From assembly GCA_030668875.1 (NCBI GenBank), contig DAOVER010000012.1, positions 30,001-62,000 on the forward strand: a stretch of 32,000 bases of DNA. The letters run 5' to 3'. Each line of letters starts with the position of its first letter. Positions within the stretch are counted from its first letter, which is position 1. Source of the stretch: Candidatus Heimdallarchaeota archaeon. GTDB lineage: Archaea; Asgardarchaeota; Heimdallarchaeia; Heimdallarchaeales; Heimdallarchaeaceae. The notes beneath the pieces are model-generated. The model saw only the letters and a list, made by a program, of their open reading frames with translations. It ran no database searches and was not told the origin of the DNA. Both the position numbers and the translations under genes were made by a program. Shown here one piece after another: positions 6,491-15,256 of this stretch.

Positions 6491-8755
6491 ATGCCTTATT
6501 CAAAAGAAACTATAGAACTATTGAGTGATTCACCTTTCAAGCAATTTGTCTTAATGGAGCTAGAAAGAGAAAGATTATATCAATCATTCATAGAGATTGA
6601 TGAATTAGATGAAATTAGCAAAATATGGCTAGGTTTTTCGAAAATATGTGCTCAATCACTCGCAGATGTTTCATCAATAGCAAATTTGCTTTATGATCGT
6701 TACATCGATGAATGGACCAGAGATAAAACACAAATAGGGGCTGATGAAAAACGTAAAAAATCATTAACTGGAAAAATCGAAGATTTGCAAGAATTTCAGA
6801 TGGAATCAGCAATATTAATGATTGTTTATGCAGAGATAGTAAATGCTGGTATCTTTGGTACAGCCCCTTCTGATGATTATTGTATATCATTTATTGAGGG
6901 TTATCGTATTCTGAACAATATATCACAAACGTACTTTGATTCAAATCATCCAAGAGCTTCTAGTATAGAGGAGCTGATGTTAACAATTCTGCTCGTAAAT
7001 CAGAAACAACAGGTACTTAATCTTCTTGAAGAATCCCCCTATTTCAAAGATAAAACCACTACTTCTCAAGAAAAGGCATCTTATGAATTAACACAAGCAG
7101 AATTTGATGTTTCTTTCACAGCACAGTTTTTCCAGAAACTTCGAAATGATTGGTGGTGGAATGATGCTATTGCATCCTATTCTATTTACGAAAGAAGTTT
7201 AACACATCTACAAAATGCATTAAGCATTTACAAAAACCTTCCCGAGGATCCTGAATTAATAGTAAAGCAAATTGAACAAAATCTTATACTAACAAATCTT
7301 GCAATGAGGAATAAGGAACTCATTGAACATTATCTTAGACTTAGTTTTGAGGCAGCTAAAAACGACAATTTTATGGCTAGTGTAGAGTATCTCAATTTGG
7401 TACTAGGGTTAGGTAACGAAGCTCTAGAGGCTATTTCAGCAAATATTCACCAAGAAGCAACAAATCTCAAAATAAAAGAGAATATAATAAAGGAAGAAAC
7501 CATTCATACTTTTCTACAAGGCATATCACTTTTAGCAGCTAAGACATCGCAATTGAATTCTATGATTAGTACAGCTAAGAAAGAAGCGATACAAGATTTA
7601 ATAAAACAAATTGAAGAAATAGTTAACAGTCCAGATCTCAACATCAATAAGAATTACGTAAGTAGTTTACCATTTGTGTATCTAAATTATGTTCAAGAAT
7701 TTAAAATTGCATTGCTTGAAAATACACCATTTGAAGAAGCGATGAAAAGGGCTGAGCAAAATTTCACACGATTCTTTGAAAGGTTAGAATTTGCAACCAG
7801 TGATCTAGCATCTCAGTTAATTGAATTAGATAGGAAAGGCAAGAAGATTAAACAAGGAACAGTTTCTCAAATGATAGAGAATATTCAGAATATAAAACTG
7901 GCTACTTATTTTTTACCAAAAAGTGAAGATAAACTGTACATTGTAAAGGATATTGAATGTCTAGAATTCATTGCAAACTCAATCCAGTTAGAACAATTCT
8001 TGAGAGATAAAGAAACAAATGAAGTTCTTGATTTAATTTATCATGCGAAAGCTCATTATTATTCAACAAAAGCTTTAGAGATAACTCAATTAAGCAGTTT
8101 TACAAGAATTGATAGTGAATGGGTTGAAAAACGATATAGTCAAACATTTATTCAAGGTCAAGATATTGAATTACGTCTATTTGAACTAGCCAGACAGTAT
8201 CTCTTTCTAAATACAGTAATTGATGAGATTGCTAACAGTTACAAGGTTGCAAATACTGAAGATAAGACAATTTTAGACAATTATCAAGCAATTATAAAAC
8301 ATGCTTTCAACCAATTTGCAGTTTTTGATGCAATCAATATACGTATTGCTGATGATTGTAATGAATTATTAAAACACAAAAAGTTATTTGTTATAGAAAC
8401 TTCTGACATCAACTGGAAAGCTATAGAGGTAAAGAAACAGCTAACTGACACTCTGATAGATTTTCTTGAAGCTACAAAGAATGCTATTCTCGGTTATGGA
8501 GCCAGTAAGAATAAGGACACATACAAAGCTGCTTCATATTTCAATGATGCATCAAAATTTGCTAAGAATTCTAATGAGACAATGCAACCAATATCACATT
8601 ATGATGAAACATTTGCACAGTTGGCAAAAACTGCTTATGAGTATAGTATCTTGCTTAAGGAATTGGAGAGAAAAGCTAGAAATAGTGAAAAGTTACAGAA
8701 TCTTCCAATGGATCAGATATTTAACACACTGAAACAACTTACTTTTCTTTCTTGA
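6491..8755 (+). CDS. Large all-alpha hypothetical protein (754 aa), possibly TPR/solenoid-like
   Basis: Long ORF rich in E/L/K/A/I with amphipathic helical periodicity. No TM segment or catalytic motif recognised. Confidence 0.8.
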   Translation: MPYSKETIELLSDSPFKQFVLMELERERLYQSFIEIDELDEISKIWLGFSKICAQSLADVSSIANLLYDRYIDEWTRDKTQIGADEKRKKSLTGKIEDLQEFQMESAILMIVYAEIVNAGIFGTAPSDDYCISFIEGYRILNNISQTYFDSNHPRASSIEELMLTILLVNQKQQVLNLLEESPYFKDKTTTSQEKASYELTQAEFDVSFTAQFFQKLRNDWWWNDAIASYSIYERSLTHLQNALSIYKNLPEDPELIVKQIEQNLILTNLAMRNKELIEHYLRLSFEAAKNDNFMASVEYLNLVLGLGNEALEAISANIHQEATNLKIKENIIKEETIHTFLQGISLLAAKTSQLNSMISTAKKEAIQDLIKQIEEIVNSPDLNINKNYVSSLPFVYLNYVQEFKIALLENTPFEEAMKRAEQNFTRFFERLEFATSDLASQLIELDRKGKKIKQGTVSQMIENIQNIKLATYFLPKSEDKLYIVKDIECLEFIANSIQLEQFLRDKETNEVLDLIYHAKAHYYSTKALEITQLSSFTRIDSEWVEKRYSQTFIQGQDIELRLFELARQYLFLNTVIDEIANSYKVANTEDKTILDNYQAIIKHAFNQFAVFDAINIRIADDCNELLKHKKLFVIETSDINWKAIEVKKQLTDTLIDFLEATKNAILGYGASKNKDTYKAASYFNDASKFAKNSNETMQPISHYDETFAQLAKTAYEYSILLKELERKARNSEKLQNLPMDQIFNTLKQLTFLS

Positions 8756-8768
8756 TTTTTTTTTTTTT
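8756..8768 (+). terminator. Oligo-T (T13) tract, probable archaeal intrinsic terminator
   Basis: 13 consecutive T immediately after the TGA of the 754-aa ORF. Confidence 0.6.
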
Positions 8769-8822
8769 ATTTGATGGAAGTCTACATTTTGATAACAAAT
8801 AGCGAATTTTTTTTAAATCAGT

Positions 8823-9701
8823 ATGTTTAGTCCTCACAAGATGAGTAATCTGCCTATTTCTGACGATATAATTACTAAGTTCAATCAAGCTTATGATGTA
8901 ATTGATAAAATTAGGGGGAAACCAAATAGTGAGCTTGATCAGTATTTTGTAACAAGAGAAACATGTCTGAAGCGTGCATTGCTAGTAAACCCTGAAGATT
9001 ATGATAAAAAGAGAATAGTAATAATGGGAGATATGGACCTAGTTTCATTGGGGATAGGAATGTTTAGTAAACCAAGAGATCTTGCAGTACTTGATTTAGA
9101 CAAAAGAGTTTCAGAAATAGCTTTAAACATGAAGTTTAATCAAAAAATCCGTTCTGTTCGGTTTGTAAATTTAGACATAAGAATTCGAATGATTGCTATC
9201 TTGAGAAATCAGTTTGACTATATTTTCATTGAACCACCTTTGACAAAGGAGGGACTGGAAGTAGGTCTTTCAAGGGCTTTGCAATGTGCAAAAAAAGAAG
9301 AACCCTCAAAAATTTTCCTTTCTTTTGACGCTCCTAACAAGGAAGAACTAGTAGAGAAATACACAGAAAAAATGAATTTAACAGTCGAAAGTGTAAAAAA
9401 ATCATTCAATGAATATAAGTTTAATACACCGTTAGGGAACAAAGAATCCGATTTATTCATTATAAAAGTGAATACAAACTCCAAAGAATCTGTCTCAGAA
9501 CATTACTATGGTCCTTTATACTTCCGAGAGAGTATGCAAGTTCCTTATCCTTATGAATGCAGTTGTGGAAAAATCCACACTATTGGCAAAGGTGGGGAAT
9601 ATAGCTCAGTAGAAGATTTAAAGAACAAAGGATGTCCAGTATGTGGTCATGCAGAAGACTTTCGGTATGCATCAAATATAATGCTAGATGAAACGCAATA
9701 G
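8823..9701 (+). CDS. BpsA/DUF43-like (branched-chain polyamine synthase family) Rossmann-fold protein with C-terminal Zn ribbon
   Basis: RGKPNSELDQYFVTRET...IVIMGDMDLVS...AVLDLDKR...FDYIFIEPP matches the BpsA pattern (RP..EFDQ..VT.ET, GDDDL, DID.R, DPP). CSC...CPVC at the C-terminus. Confidence 0.78.
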   Translation: MFSPHKMSNLPISDDIITKFNQAYDVIDKIRGKPNSELDQYFVTRETCLKRALLVNPEDYDKKRIVIMGDMDLVSLGIGMFSKPRDLAVLDLDKRVSEIALNMKFNQKIRSVRFVNLDIRIRMIAILRNQFDYIFIEPPLTKEGLEVGLSRALQCAKKEEPSKIFLSFDAPNKEELVEKYTEKMNLTVESVKKSFNEYKFNTPLGNKESDLFIIKVNTNSKESVSEHYYGPLYFRESMQVPYPYECSCGKIHTIGKGGEYSSVEDLKNKGCPVCGHAEDFRYASNIMLDETQ

Positions 9702-9726
9702 AAGTATCATGATAACAGGTGATTTC

Positions 9727-10077
9727 ATGTCAGAACCATCAAAGAGAAAAACAATTTGTGCAATTTGCGAGAAAGACATTACCCTTTCAAGTGATATACT
9801 TCTCAATGGATGTCCAAACTGTGGATCTTTCAAGTTTAAAACTTTCAAAGAAGGAAGTATTAAATTTCAAGATGAGAAGGAATTAGATTTAATAGTTGAA
9901 AAGGAAGTAGAACATACAGGTATTCAAGAAGGATTAGAATCAGTTCGGTTAACTAGTGATGGGGTTTTTGAGGTTGATTTGGAGAAACTTTTGACAGAAT
10001 CAGGTGAGGAAAAACCGATTATCAGCAGAAATAAGGACGGTTCTTATTTCATCAAATTCACTACAAAAGAAGAGTAA
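9727..10077 (+). CDS. oapC: OapC/ArvC (DUF2072) Zn-ribbon protein
   Basis: CAIC...LLNGCPNCGSFKF and ESVRLTSDGVFEVDLEKLL...DGSYFI. Start moved from 9688 to ATG 9727 to avoid overlap with the upstream gene. Confidence 0.82.
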   Translation: MSEPSKRKTICAICEKDITLSSDILLNGCPNCGSFKFKTFKEGSIKFQDEKELDLIVEKEVEHTGIQEGLESVRLTSDGVFEVDLEKLLTESGEEKPIISRNKDGSYFIKFTTKEE

Positions 10078-10153
10078 AATTAAAAAATCAAAACCTCTCA
10101 CTTTTCAAAAAATTTTAAATCTCATCAATTAAAGAAAGGAAGAGGTATCTGTC

Positions 10154-11062
10154 TTGGTAATTAAAGAACAACTAGCAAAAGAGCAAAGAATCGCAAGTGG
10201 AGTTAAAGAAATACTAGAATTTAGAGGATTTGAAATAACTAAAATAAAAGAAGACGACGACTTTATAGACGTTTATGCTTCAAAGATTGGAGAAGATGAT
10301 GAGAAAAGGATAGCATTTGCAAGGTTTCCTAAAAACCCTCAAGTCGGAGTAAAAACAATTAGAGTTCTAGGTAAACTTCAAGCAGAGGAGGATTTTGATG
10401 AAGCATTACTAATTGCAGAAACCCCTTTGACTCATTATGCAAAGAAAGAATCTGTGAAACTTGGGATAGAAATTATCAGTAGTACAAACCCATTGTTCAA
10501 TATCTTTGATCATGATCTAGTTCCCCATCATAACAAGTTATCCAATAAGGAAATTCGTTCTTTCTTAATAAATTATCAAATCGAAAAACATCAAATTCCG
10601 AAAATTTTAGAGACAGATCCTGCCGTCAAAGCAATTCAAGCAAAACCAGGTGATGTTCTTAGAATAGTCAGAAATCCTGTAATGGGAGAACAAGGAGCTT
10701 ACTATAGAGTTGTTATAAAATCAACTTCTAGGCTTCGTCTTACAGATTCAGTTTTGAAGAAAAAGAAGACTGCAACAAAGAAGAAGACAACAACTAAAAA
10801 AGTCAAAGCAACACCTGATAAGAAAGCCAAAGCAACACCTGATAAGAAAGCCAAAACAACACCTGATAAGAAAGCCAAAACAACACCTGATAAGAAAGCC
10901 AAAGCAACACCTGATAAGAAAGCCAAAGCAACACCTGATAAGAAAGCTAAAGCAACACCTGAAAAGAAACCTGCAGAAAAGAAGACAGAAGCAAAGAAAA
11001 AAACTGAAAAGAAAGCTAAAGCAAAACCAACGAAAAAGAAACCTGCAGAAAAGAAGAAATAA
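10154..11062 (+). CDS. rpo5: RNA polymerase subunit Rpo5/RPB5 with eukaryote-type N-terminal jaw domain and Lys-rich repeat tail
   Basis: C-domain FNIFDHDLVPHH...QIPKILETDPAVKAIQAKPGDVLRIVR...YYRVV. N-domain RGF...FPKNPQVGVKTIR. TTG start after GAGGT. Confidence 0.92.
   Translation: MVIKEQLAKEQRIASGVKEILEFRGFEITKIKEDDDFIDVYASKIGEDDEKRIAFARFPKNPQVGVKTIRVLGKLQAEEDFDEALLIAETPLTHYAKKESVKLGIEIISSTNPLFNIFDHDLVPHHNKLSNKEIRSFLINYQIEKHQIPKILETDPAVKAIQAKPGDVLRIVRNPVMGEQGAYYRVVIKSTSRLRLTDSVLKKKKTATKKKTTTKKVKATPDKKAKATPDKKAKTTPDKKAKTTPDKKAKATPDKKAKATPDKKAKATPEKKPAEKKTEAKKKTEKKAKAKPTKKKPAEKKK
10805..10972 (+). repeat. Coding tandem repeat, 7 x 24 nt (AAAGCAACACCTGATAAGAAAGCC), encoding K[AT]TPDKKA
   Basis: Units start at 10805, 10829, 10853, 10877, 10901, 10925 and 10949 (last one degenerate). 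The first six units differ from consensus by at most one base and there are no spacers. Confidence 0.97.
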
Positions 11063-11076
11063 GTTAGGGGTTAATT

Positions 11077-12024
11077 ATGATAACATTCCTTTCAGGAGGA
11101 ACAGGAACCCCAAAGTTAATACAAGGGTTTAGAACAATTTTAAGAGACGAAAAACTATCTATTATAGTTAATACTGCAGATGATATTTGGCTCTCTGGAA
11201 TCTATATCTCACCTGATGTAGATACGCTACTCTACTTGTTCAGTGGTTTGTTAGATGAAAATAAATTTTGGGGGATTAAAGACGACACTTTCAACACTTT
11301 GAAGATGTTACAGTTACTTGGTTTTCCATCTTGGTTTAATTTAGGTGATCAGGACCTAGCCGTTAATCTTTTTAGAACGCGGATGATTCAAAAAGGGCAC
11401 TCTCAAGAGGATATCGTAAAGACTCTTTCAAATCTTCTAAACATTAGCTCAACAATTATTCCTTGTACAAAAAATCATATAGAATGTCGCATTATCACTG
11501 AAAAGAAAGGCGATATTCATTTTCAAGAATTCTGGGTTAAATACAAAGCAAAAGTAAACATTAAACAAGTTTACATAAAAAATTTAGAAAATGTTGAAAT
11601 CTCAGAAGCAGTTAGAAGTACAATCAAAAAATCTGAATTAATTATAATTGGTCCAAGTAATCCAGTAACAAGTATTGGCCCAATTATTCGAGTTAAAGAG
11701 ATTGCAGATTTATTGAAAGAACATAAAAACAAGATTATTGCAGTAAGCCCTCTTATTGGGAATAAACCCGTCAGTGGTCCCACTGAAATGCTCATGAAAG
11801 CAGAAGGAATGGAAACAACACCCATGGGAATCGCAGAATTCTACAAAGATTTCTGTTCGTGTTTAATAATCGACAATATGGATTCTAATATGATTAATCA
11901 GATACAAAGTAAAACTGGGCTAGAAGTTCTTTCAGAAGAAATTTTGTTTAGAGATACTCAAGATGCTTCTAGGCTAGCTTGCTCTATTCTGAAATGGAGA
12001 GACCTTTATGACAAATATGTTTGA
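11077..12024 (+). CDS. cofD: 2-phospho-L-lactate transferase (F420-0 synthesis)
   Basis: LSGGTGTPK, IVNTADD, SPDVDT, WFNLGDQDLA, HFQEFWV and IGPSNPVTSIGPI motifs. Confidence 0.95.
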   Translation: MITFLSGGTGTPKLIQGFRTILRDEKLSIIVNTADDIWLSGIYISPDVDTLLYLFSGLLDENKFWGIKDDTFNTLKMLQLLGFPSWFNLGDQDLAVNLFRTRMIQKGHSQEDIVKTLSNLLNISSTIIPCTKNHIECRIITEKKGDIHFQEFWVKYKAKVNIKQVYIKNLENVEISEAVRSTIKKSELIIIGPSNPVTSIGPIIRVKEIADLLKEHKNKIIAVSPLIGNKPVSGPTEMLMKAEGMETTPMGIAEFYKDFCSCLIIDNMDSNMINQIQSKTGLEVLSEEILFRDTQDASRLACSILKWRDLYDKYV

Positions 12025-12790
12025 AATTTATCCGCCTATTGTTCAATCTGCTATAGCTGGTGTTGCAGACAGGAAATATTGTCAACAGATGCTTGATTTA
12101 GGAGCTGGGATGGTCACCTTAGGTGGATTTCCAGCTGACAGGTTAAATTACAAAGCATCTTTGAAGATGAAAGAGAGGGGGAGAACGGAATGCATTCCGC
12201 CGACAAACGAGAAAGAGTTATCCGAGTGGTTTAATCAAAATCTTTTGCTTTTCAAGAGGAATAAGCGCCAAAGAACAGCTATTAATCTAAGAATTGTAAC
12301 TGTTGATCAGATTACTGAAAAATGGTTAGAAGCTCTGGATGGGAAAGTAGATTTCTTAGAACTAAATGTCCATTGTAGACAAAAAGAAGTCCTATCAATA
12401 GGAGCAGGGGAAGGTTTACTTAGGGATCTAAAGAAATTAGATCAGTTACTAGCAAGCATCTCAAAGTTCTTACAAAAAACGAAATTAAGCATAAAAATTC
12501 GAGGATGTTCCGTTGGAGATAAGGATTCTTTGATTGAAATTTTAGAGAAACAACAAGTTAACTATATTCATATCGATTCTATGTTGAAAGGAGAGAATGT
12601 TGCAGATATTCTGTTACTAAAGTCCTATTGTAATTCTACAGATATTCCAATTATCGGTAATAATTCAGTAAGATGTATAGAAGATGTTAAAAAGATGTTA
12701 AAAGTAGGAGCTATTGCTGTATCTATAGCAAGACCACTTATCAGACATCCAAATTTCATAGCTGTATTAATACATCAATTAGAAGGGTAA
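12008..12790 (+). CDS. DUS-like FMN TIM-barrel protein (MJ0144-like archaeal family)
   Basis: SAIAGVAD...VTLGG...KMKERGRTE...ELNVHCRQ...LSIKIR...IHID...IIGNNSV...AVSIAR. Overlaps the end of cofD by 17 nt. Confidence 0.82.
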   Translation: MTNMFEIYPPIVQSAIAGVADRKYCQQMLDLGAGMVTLGGFPADRLNYKASLKMKERGRTECIPPTNEKELSEWFNQNLLLFKRNKRQRTAINLRIVTVDQITEKWLEALDGKVDFLELNVHCRQKEVLSIGAGEGLLRDLKKLDQLLASISKFLQKTKLSIKIRGCSVGDKDSLIEILEKQQVNYIHIDSMLKGENVADILLLKSYCNSTDIPIIGNNSVRCIEDVKKMLKVGAIAVSIARPLIRHPNFIAVLIHQLEG

Positions 12791-12793
12791 ACA

Positions 12794-13405
12794 ATGACAA
12801 TTGGAATAGTAATCCCTTTTAGGGGGACAGATTTAGACAAAAGCCGTCTTCGAGAAGATATGGATGAAATGAGTGTCAAATATATTCTTAATACTATGAC
12901 TCAGCAAGTAATTTCAGAAATTATGAAACTTGATAAGAAGGTAAATTTGTACGTTCTCTCTAAGAACGAAGTCTCTTTTGATGGTAGATACCAAATAGCA
13001 AAAGATCAAGGTAAGAATCTAAGTGATTCTCTTCAAAAGTTTACAGCAAAAATGAACGAAAATATCATTATGATTATTATGGCAGATTTACCTTTAATCA
13101 AAAATTCTCACATCAAGAGTATTTTGGAGACTGTTGAACAAGAAAAAACAGTTATCATAGCACCAGCGAAAGATAATGGGACAAGTATCTTGTGCTTTAA
13201 TCGAAATATATCTTTTCCTTTTTTCTATGGGGTAAAATCAGCAGAAAGATTAGCAAATTATCTCACTGAAACCAGTGTCAATCATCAAGTTCTAGGATAT
13301 GATTCTTGTTATCAAGATATAGACACATTTAAAGATTTAATAAGCTTAAATCGAAACAACTCTCTACCTGAATGGTTAAAAAATTATTTTAAGGAAGTGC
13401 TTTAA
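12794..13405 (+). CDS. cofC: 2-phospho-L-lactate/PEP guanylyltransferase
   Basis: VIPFR...KSRL, IMADLPLI, IAPAKDNGTS, FFYG..SA, DIDTFKDL motifs. Clustered with cofD. Confidence 0.85.
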   Translation: MTIGIVIPFRGTDLDKSRLREDMDEMSVKYILNTMTQQVISEIMKLDKKVNLYVLSKNEVSFDGRYQIAKDQGKNLSDSLQKFTAKMNENIIMIIMADLPLIKNSHIKSILETVEQEKTVIIAPAKDNGTSILCFNRNISFPFFYGVKSAERLANYLTETSVNHQVLGYDSCYQDIDTFKDLISLNRNNSLPEWLKNYFKEVL

Positions 13406-14550
13406 TGAAAGAAAAAATAGAAAGAATTCAAAACGTTTTACGTGAACAAGAAATTGATGGGTGGGCTGTTTTTTGTCATCATTCTTATGATATACATCTT
13501 AAATATCTACTAGAAAATTGGTTTTCTGGTCCTACACTAGTTCTCATAACTCAGGAAGGAAAACCAAAAGTCATTGCCTCCAGAATGGAAGCAATGATGA
13601 TTAATTCGGAAATCTATGATGTTATTGAATACAAAAAAGGGTCCGAATTGCAAGAATTGTTAGAAAATCAATTCAATTCAATTCCAAAAGAATCAAAGAT
13701 AGCACTAAATTTTGTTGAAGAAGATGAAGTTTTCAAGAAGCTAAATTATGATATTCTTACAAGTGGTTCATTTAAAGCTTTGACTTCCTTAAACAAAGAA
13801 CTTGAATATGTTTCAGCAAAAAATCTTATTTTTGATATAAGAGCAGTTAAAACAAAAAAAGAGATAGAAAACCATCAAGAAGCAGCTAGATTAGCTGAAG
13901 AACTTATGGAAGAAGTTGTTGAACCAAGCATTAAACCAGGCATGAGGGAAAAGGAAATTAATGCACTTATAGAATATGAATGTAATAAACGAGGTGGTGT
14001 CGCTTTTGAAGCTATTGTAGCTTCAGGACCAAATGCAGCTATTCCACATCACACAGCAGGAGAGAAGAAAATAGAAGAAAATGCTGTTTTGCTCATAGAT
14101 TATGGTGTAGCATACAATCTTGCAAATTCAGACATAACACACACCTACTGGATAGGTAAAAATCCTCCAGAAAAGATATTACAAGCATATGAGGCAGTTG
14201 ATAAAGCAAAAGAAGCTGCTTTTAATAAAATAAAAGCGGGAGTTTTATCTTCAGATGTTGAAGATGTAGTTCGAGATAAGTTTGAAGAATTTGGATATGA
14301 TCATGAAAAACTCTTCATTCATTCTACAGGACATTCGTTAGGTCTTGAAACACATGACATCGGGATAGGAATATCAAAAGCTTCTCCTGACAGACCAAGT
14401 AAACAGCTTCTAGAAAACTCTGTTATAACAGTTGAACCTGGGTTATACTTTCCAGGAGAATTTGGAATAAGATTAGAAGATGATGTAGTTGTAAGGAAGG
14501 ATGGGATTACTCGTTTATCATTTACCCCATCAGAAATGAAATGCCTTTGA
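13405..14550 (+). CDS. pepQ: Xaa-Pro peptidase, family M24B
   Basis: IPHH, IDYG...SDITHT, HSLGLETHD, EPGLY and IRLEDD metal-ligand motifs. TAATG coupling to cofC. Confidence 0.88.
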   Translation: MKEKIERIQNVLREQEIDGWAVFCHHSYDIHLKYLLENWFSGPTLVLITQEGKPKVIASRMEAMMINSEIYDVIEYKKGSELQELLENQFNSIPKESKIALNFVEEDEVFKKLNYDILTSGSFKALTSLNKELEYVSAKNLIFDIRAVKTKKEIENHQEAARLAEELMEEVVEPSIKPGMREKEINALIEYECNKRGGVAFEAIVASGPNAAIPHHTAGEKKIEENAVLLIDYGVAYNLANSDITHTYWIGKNPPEKILQAYEAVDKAKEAAFNKIKAGVLSSDVEDVVRDKFEEFGYDHEKLFIHSTGHSLGLETHDIGIGISKASPDRPSKQLLENSVITVEPGLYFPGEFGIRLEDDVVVRKDGITRLSFTPSEMKCL

Positions 14551-14575
14551 TTTTATTTATCCCTTTCTTTCTATT

Positions 14576-15124
14576 TCATTTAGGTATTGATGTCCCGCAA
14601 ATTTCACAGGTAGAATATCCATGAGGTACTTCTGACCCACAGTTTTTGCAAAAAACTCGCTCCTTCACTTGAGTTGTCGGTTGTAATGCATCTGTTATAT
14701 CAGAAATTTCTATTTCTCCCTTTGCAGCTTTCCAAAGTTTAGGGCTTACAATTCGACCAAGAAATGAACCAAAGAGGTTAGCACAAAGAGATAGAATTCC
14801 AATTAAGATATAAATAATTAGGGAGATAAAATAGTTCTCTGAGGTTTCTGACAGACCGATTCCTTGTACTCCGTAAATAGTTAGAACTGACAACATAGTA
14901 GTACCCAGTATAATTACAATAATCAAACCTTCTGTTTTAAAGGCAAAAAAACCAATTATCATTCCTGCTATTAAACTTGTGAAAATCAAAGCAATATATA
15001 GATCCCATTGATCGAACGATTGTATACTCATAGTAATAAAAAAAGAAAGGTAGGCCATTCCTGCACCTATGACAAGAGCTAGGAAGTCAAAACCTAATCT
15101 TTTCAGTTCATTATTTAGTCTCAC
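14576..15124 (-). CDS. Four-TM membrane protein with C-terminal double-CxxC Zn ribbon
   Basis: Four hydrophobic segments followed by FCKNCG...CEICG. Confidence 0.75.
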   Translation of the reverse strand: MRLNNELKRLGFDFLALVIGAGMAYLSFFITMSIQSFDQWDLYIALIFTSLIAGMIIGFFAFKTEGLIIVIILGTTMLSVLTIYGVQGIGLSETSENYFISLIIYILIGILSLCANLFGSFLGRIVSPKLWKAAKGEIEISDITDALQPTTQVKERVFCKNCGSEVPHGYSTCEICGTSIPK

Positions 15125-15256
15125 TTGATATTCTATGTTCTCAAACTATATAATTATTCTGACTTCTTTTGAGCAATTCCTCGTAATACTAGCGTGTGTT
15201 GACAATAATATTTCTGTTTAAGGAAACTTATAAGAATGCTTCATAAGGTGAATTGA

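Noticed and set aside
9688-9726. Longer start for oapC overlapping the upstream gene
   Set aside because: The extension has no family similarity. ATG 9727 is preceded by AGGTGA.
10805-10972. 24-nt repeats as a CRISPR array
   Set aside because: The units are directly adjacent with no spacers, are in frame within rpo5, and no cas genes are present.
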